A stretch of 35,278 nucleotides of DNA from Callorhinchus milii (lineage: Eukaryota). How positions within the stretch are numbered: the first letter of the stretch is position 1; each line of letters opens with the position of its first letter. Shown here one piece after another: positions 32,842 to 35,278 of this stretch. Where the stretch lies: assembly GCF_018977255.1 (NCBI RefSeq), contig NW_024705547.1, forward strand, positions 1 through 35,278, read 5' to 3'. The notes under the pieces are model-generated. The model was given only the letters and a program-made list of their open reading frames with translations, was not told the origin of the DNA and did not search any database. Both the position numbers and the translations under genes were made by a program.

Positions 32842-32894
32842 AGGTTATGGTATAATAGTACGTGATTTTTTAGCAAATTGTCATTCCATTTCAG

Positions 32895-33060
32895 TATGTA
32901 GGCCTCCTATACCGTCCATGGGGGTGCATGGCCATACTTCACCGCGCTGGTCATTGCTGGTTGGTGAAGGGGGACTATTTCAGATACCAGCCGCCACCGA
33001 TTATCGTCATGGTCAGGAATGGAATTCAGGTCATTACTGCACCGCCACTTAACTCCAGCT
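32895..33060 (-). mobile_element. Degenerate tRNA-head/RTE-tail SINE
   Basis: aggcctcc...ccatacttcaccgcgctgg...catggtcaggaatggaattcagg. Confidence 0.6.
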
Positions 33061-33461
33061 CATGGTTTTAACAGTTATACTATGCTTCTTTTGAATTGAG
33101 TGCTCTTGTGGAATATCACTCGTATACTCTATGTGTGTGCTTGCCAGAAAAGGATAAAACAAATACAATAATAGAGAGCTTTGGCAATGCCATCGAGTAG
33201 GAAGGTAGCTCGGTGGCTCTCAGTGTGATCGTTTTGCCCTGGTTAGTGCTTTATCAGAATTTTTGAAGATGACATCCTAGGCATTTCACCCATAATAAAA
33301 TGTAGTTTATCTAATGAGTGATCATGTCTACCAATGACTACAAAAGACACCCATTGGAATGAATTAGCACATTTGACTGTACCCTTCAGAGGGATTATTT
33401 GGCATATGTTTTAAAGTGCTGTCATCTCAAAAATTGGTATTCTAAGTACTATAAAGAATAA

Positions 33462-33629
33462 TATTCTTGCTTCTTTCGATAAAGTCACGTAGAAGGGAAA
33501 TAATAAAATGTGAGAATTTTATTGTTTTATTTTTAGAATTTTTATTATTTTATTATTTCCCTTCTACGTGCCTTTACCGAAAGAACCAATAATATGAATC
33601 CCTGCAGTCACGAAAGCTTTAATTCGAAA
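33462..33629. mobile_element. PLE family A copy 5: inverted two-arm insertion
   Basis: Minus arm 33462-33509, plus arm 33510-33629. A 12-bp TSD tataaagaataa lies at 33450-33461 and 33630-33641. Confidence 0.9.
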
Positions 33630-34071
33630 TATAAAGAATAAATAAAGTTTCAATTTTAAATATTCATAAACCACCTAATTAAGGATACATTTGATTCACC
33701 TGGTTATAAATAAAAGCGCAATGCATATTAGATAAAAATGTATGAACGAAAACATTTCGTCTGTGCTTGTATGATGATAACACAACTGCAAATATAAATT
33801 ATGGATTAAGTAAGTGTTGCTGCTTTGTTCGCCTTTACAATTAAGCTCATTATTTCACTGCTGAAATAGATACGCATACTTGTCTCGTGCAGCTGTGAGG
33901 GCTCACCACTTGTTGAAGATGATGTACCAACGCTTGTGTGTGGACTATCTGCTCGACTCACCAATGCCCTCTTGTGTTTAAGCTCAAATAATGGCACCCG
34001 AAGATTATAGTTGTTGTACATTGTTTGGCGATGCTGCGTTGGCAGTAGCGCACAGGGAAGATGAACATTAA

Positions 34072-34135
34072 ACTCATACTCGTCAACGACGCTGCCTTAG
34101 AAGACTAACGTGTGATCAGTGACGTTTCTTCAACG
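34072..34135 (-). mobile_element. Decayed PLE-like terminal repeat, family C
   Basis: Reverse complement GAAACGTC...taaggcagcgtcgttgacgagtatg. Confidence 0.5.
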
Positions 34136-34755
34136 CTTGTTCCGCAGACTGCATTTTTGCACTCTATTAATAGTATATTACTGCAAGATTTTTTGTCTTA
34201 TTTGTTGTTTTCTTGGTGAAGTTGGGAAAAAGGTCCATAAGCTATACATGATTTCAAAACTATTTTTTTTAAGATGTGCTCATGTTATATATCATGCAAC
34301 GTGTTATCTGGCCATACAAGACTGTGGTAATCATATACAATCAACAATTTTCAATTGTTGATGAGTTGGGGACAAGTTTTATCGGGAAGTGTTTGTAATC
34401 CACGTCAGCAGGCAAAATGAAGCAAAAATAAACGGTGCACATGAAATCCACGACAAATTACATTCAATAGAAATTTCAATTTACAGACGAGTGTGTACAA
34501 TTTATGTAATGCACTTTAATATGGATTGCAGTATAAACGGTACATATGACGTATACACAAGGGAACGATTAGTCGCCCTGCCGCCAGCGTTGCCAACTTT
34601 CTGGGACGAGGGAATTCTGTACATTTCCGAGCGAACCAAGGTGCTTTTTAAGGATCCCGCATCAGGTTACTGTGCTTAATACGTGATATTTATGACTCGA
34701 TTTGTGGGCTATCTAGCGACATCTAGCGACCAATGAGTGAGGTTGGTTTGTTCTA

Positions 34756-34910
34756 GATTTGAAGCTTTCGTGACTGCAAGGATCCCATACTCTTAGTTCT
34801 TTCGGTAAAGTCACGTAGGTAAAAAATGAAATTAAAATTAATAACAAAAAATAAAAACAATAAAATCACGACGTTTCGGAGGCAACACAAGCTTCCGTCT
34901 TCAGGTGAAA
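34756..34910 (-). mobile_element. PLE family A copy 6 (second subfamily, like copy 3)
   Basis: gatttgaagctttcgtgactgcaaggatcc...tttcggtaaagtcacgtag...cacgacgtttcgg. Confidence 0.85.
34865..34909 (-). ncRNA. Minimal type I hammerhead ribozyme
   Basis: Reverse complement tcac CTGAAGA c ggaagc ttgtgtt gcctcc GAAA cgtc gtga. Confidence 0.8.
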
Positions 34911-35278
34911 CTGTCACAGCAAATTATCTGTATCAAGTGAAGAGAAGTCCCAAGAGGCACGACCTTATATCGTGGTAGTTGTGAAGTGGTCAACTACTGC
35001 TTTTGGTTTGTCTCACTTGCCACCTTTAGTCCATGAGCCCAGAGAAGATATTTGACTTGTCAGTACCACTCAATATTATTTAGCTTGAGTGGTTCAAATT
35101 TAGTTATGTGGCTAGTAACAGCGAATAATGTAATACGCATGTTAAATAGCCGAGTTGGCAAATAATTAACTCTTATTTGCAAAAAAATAAATATCGTTAC
35201 GACTAAAGTTGTTTCCACCTTAAGTGATATCAGTGTCGACTCTGACCCATGAGCTACTTGAAGGAGTTGGCTAGTGGC

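Noticed and set aside
33806..34021. 71-aa Ser-rich ORF as exon or transposase tail
   Set aside because: No recognisable motif or convincing splice context.
34743..35011. ttggtttgt as TSD of PLE copy 6
   Set aside because: A 9-bp low-complexity match not abutting the recognisable element ends.
34584..35162. hAT-like element (cagcgttgccaact ... agttggcaa) around PLE copy 6
   Set aside because: Only a 9-bp inverted match and no TSD; too weak to call.

Overview
Non-coding eukaryotic (metazoan) DNA, most likely an intron or gene desert of a vertebrate. V-SINEs, RTE-tailed SINEs and abundant CpG would fit a lamprey-like genome, but this is inference only. I found no credible intact protein-coding gene, rRNA, true tRNA or CRISPR array; the ORF track is spurious except for decayed RTE-LINE pieces. 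The window is a mosaic of mobile-element debris. (i) Six short insertions of one Penelope-like (PLE) terminal-repeat family carry a minimal type I hammerhead ribozyme (CUGANGA...GAAACGUC). Five are bounded by 10-14 bp direct repeats (TSDs or TSD candidates) and four are built as inverted two-arm structures. One arm begins exactly at the predicted ribozyme cleavage site, and one insertion has captured 44 bp of DNA from about 700 bp upstream. (ii) At least two further hammerhead/PLE-like families are present. (iii) Two Helentron/HINE-like families occur, one with G-quadruplex-prone cargo and one as a head-to-tail dimer. (iv) There are also MITEs, V-SINEs, tRNA-head/RTE-tail SINEs and RTE LINE remnants. 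Between them lie unique blocks rich in homeodomain/TALE motifs that may be conserved non-coding enhancers. All calls were made by eye; no database searches were run.
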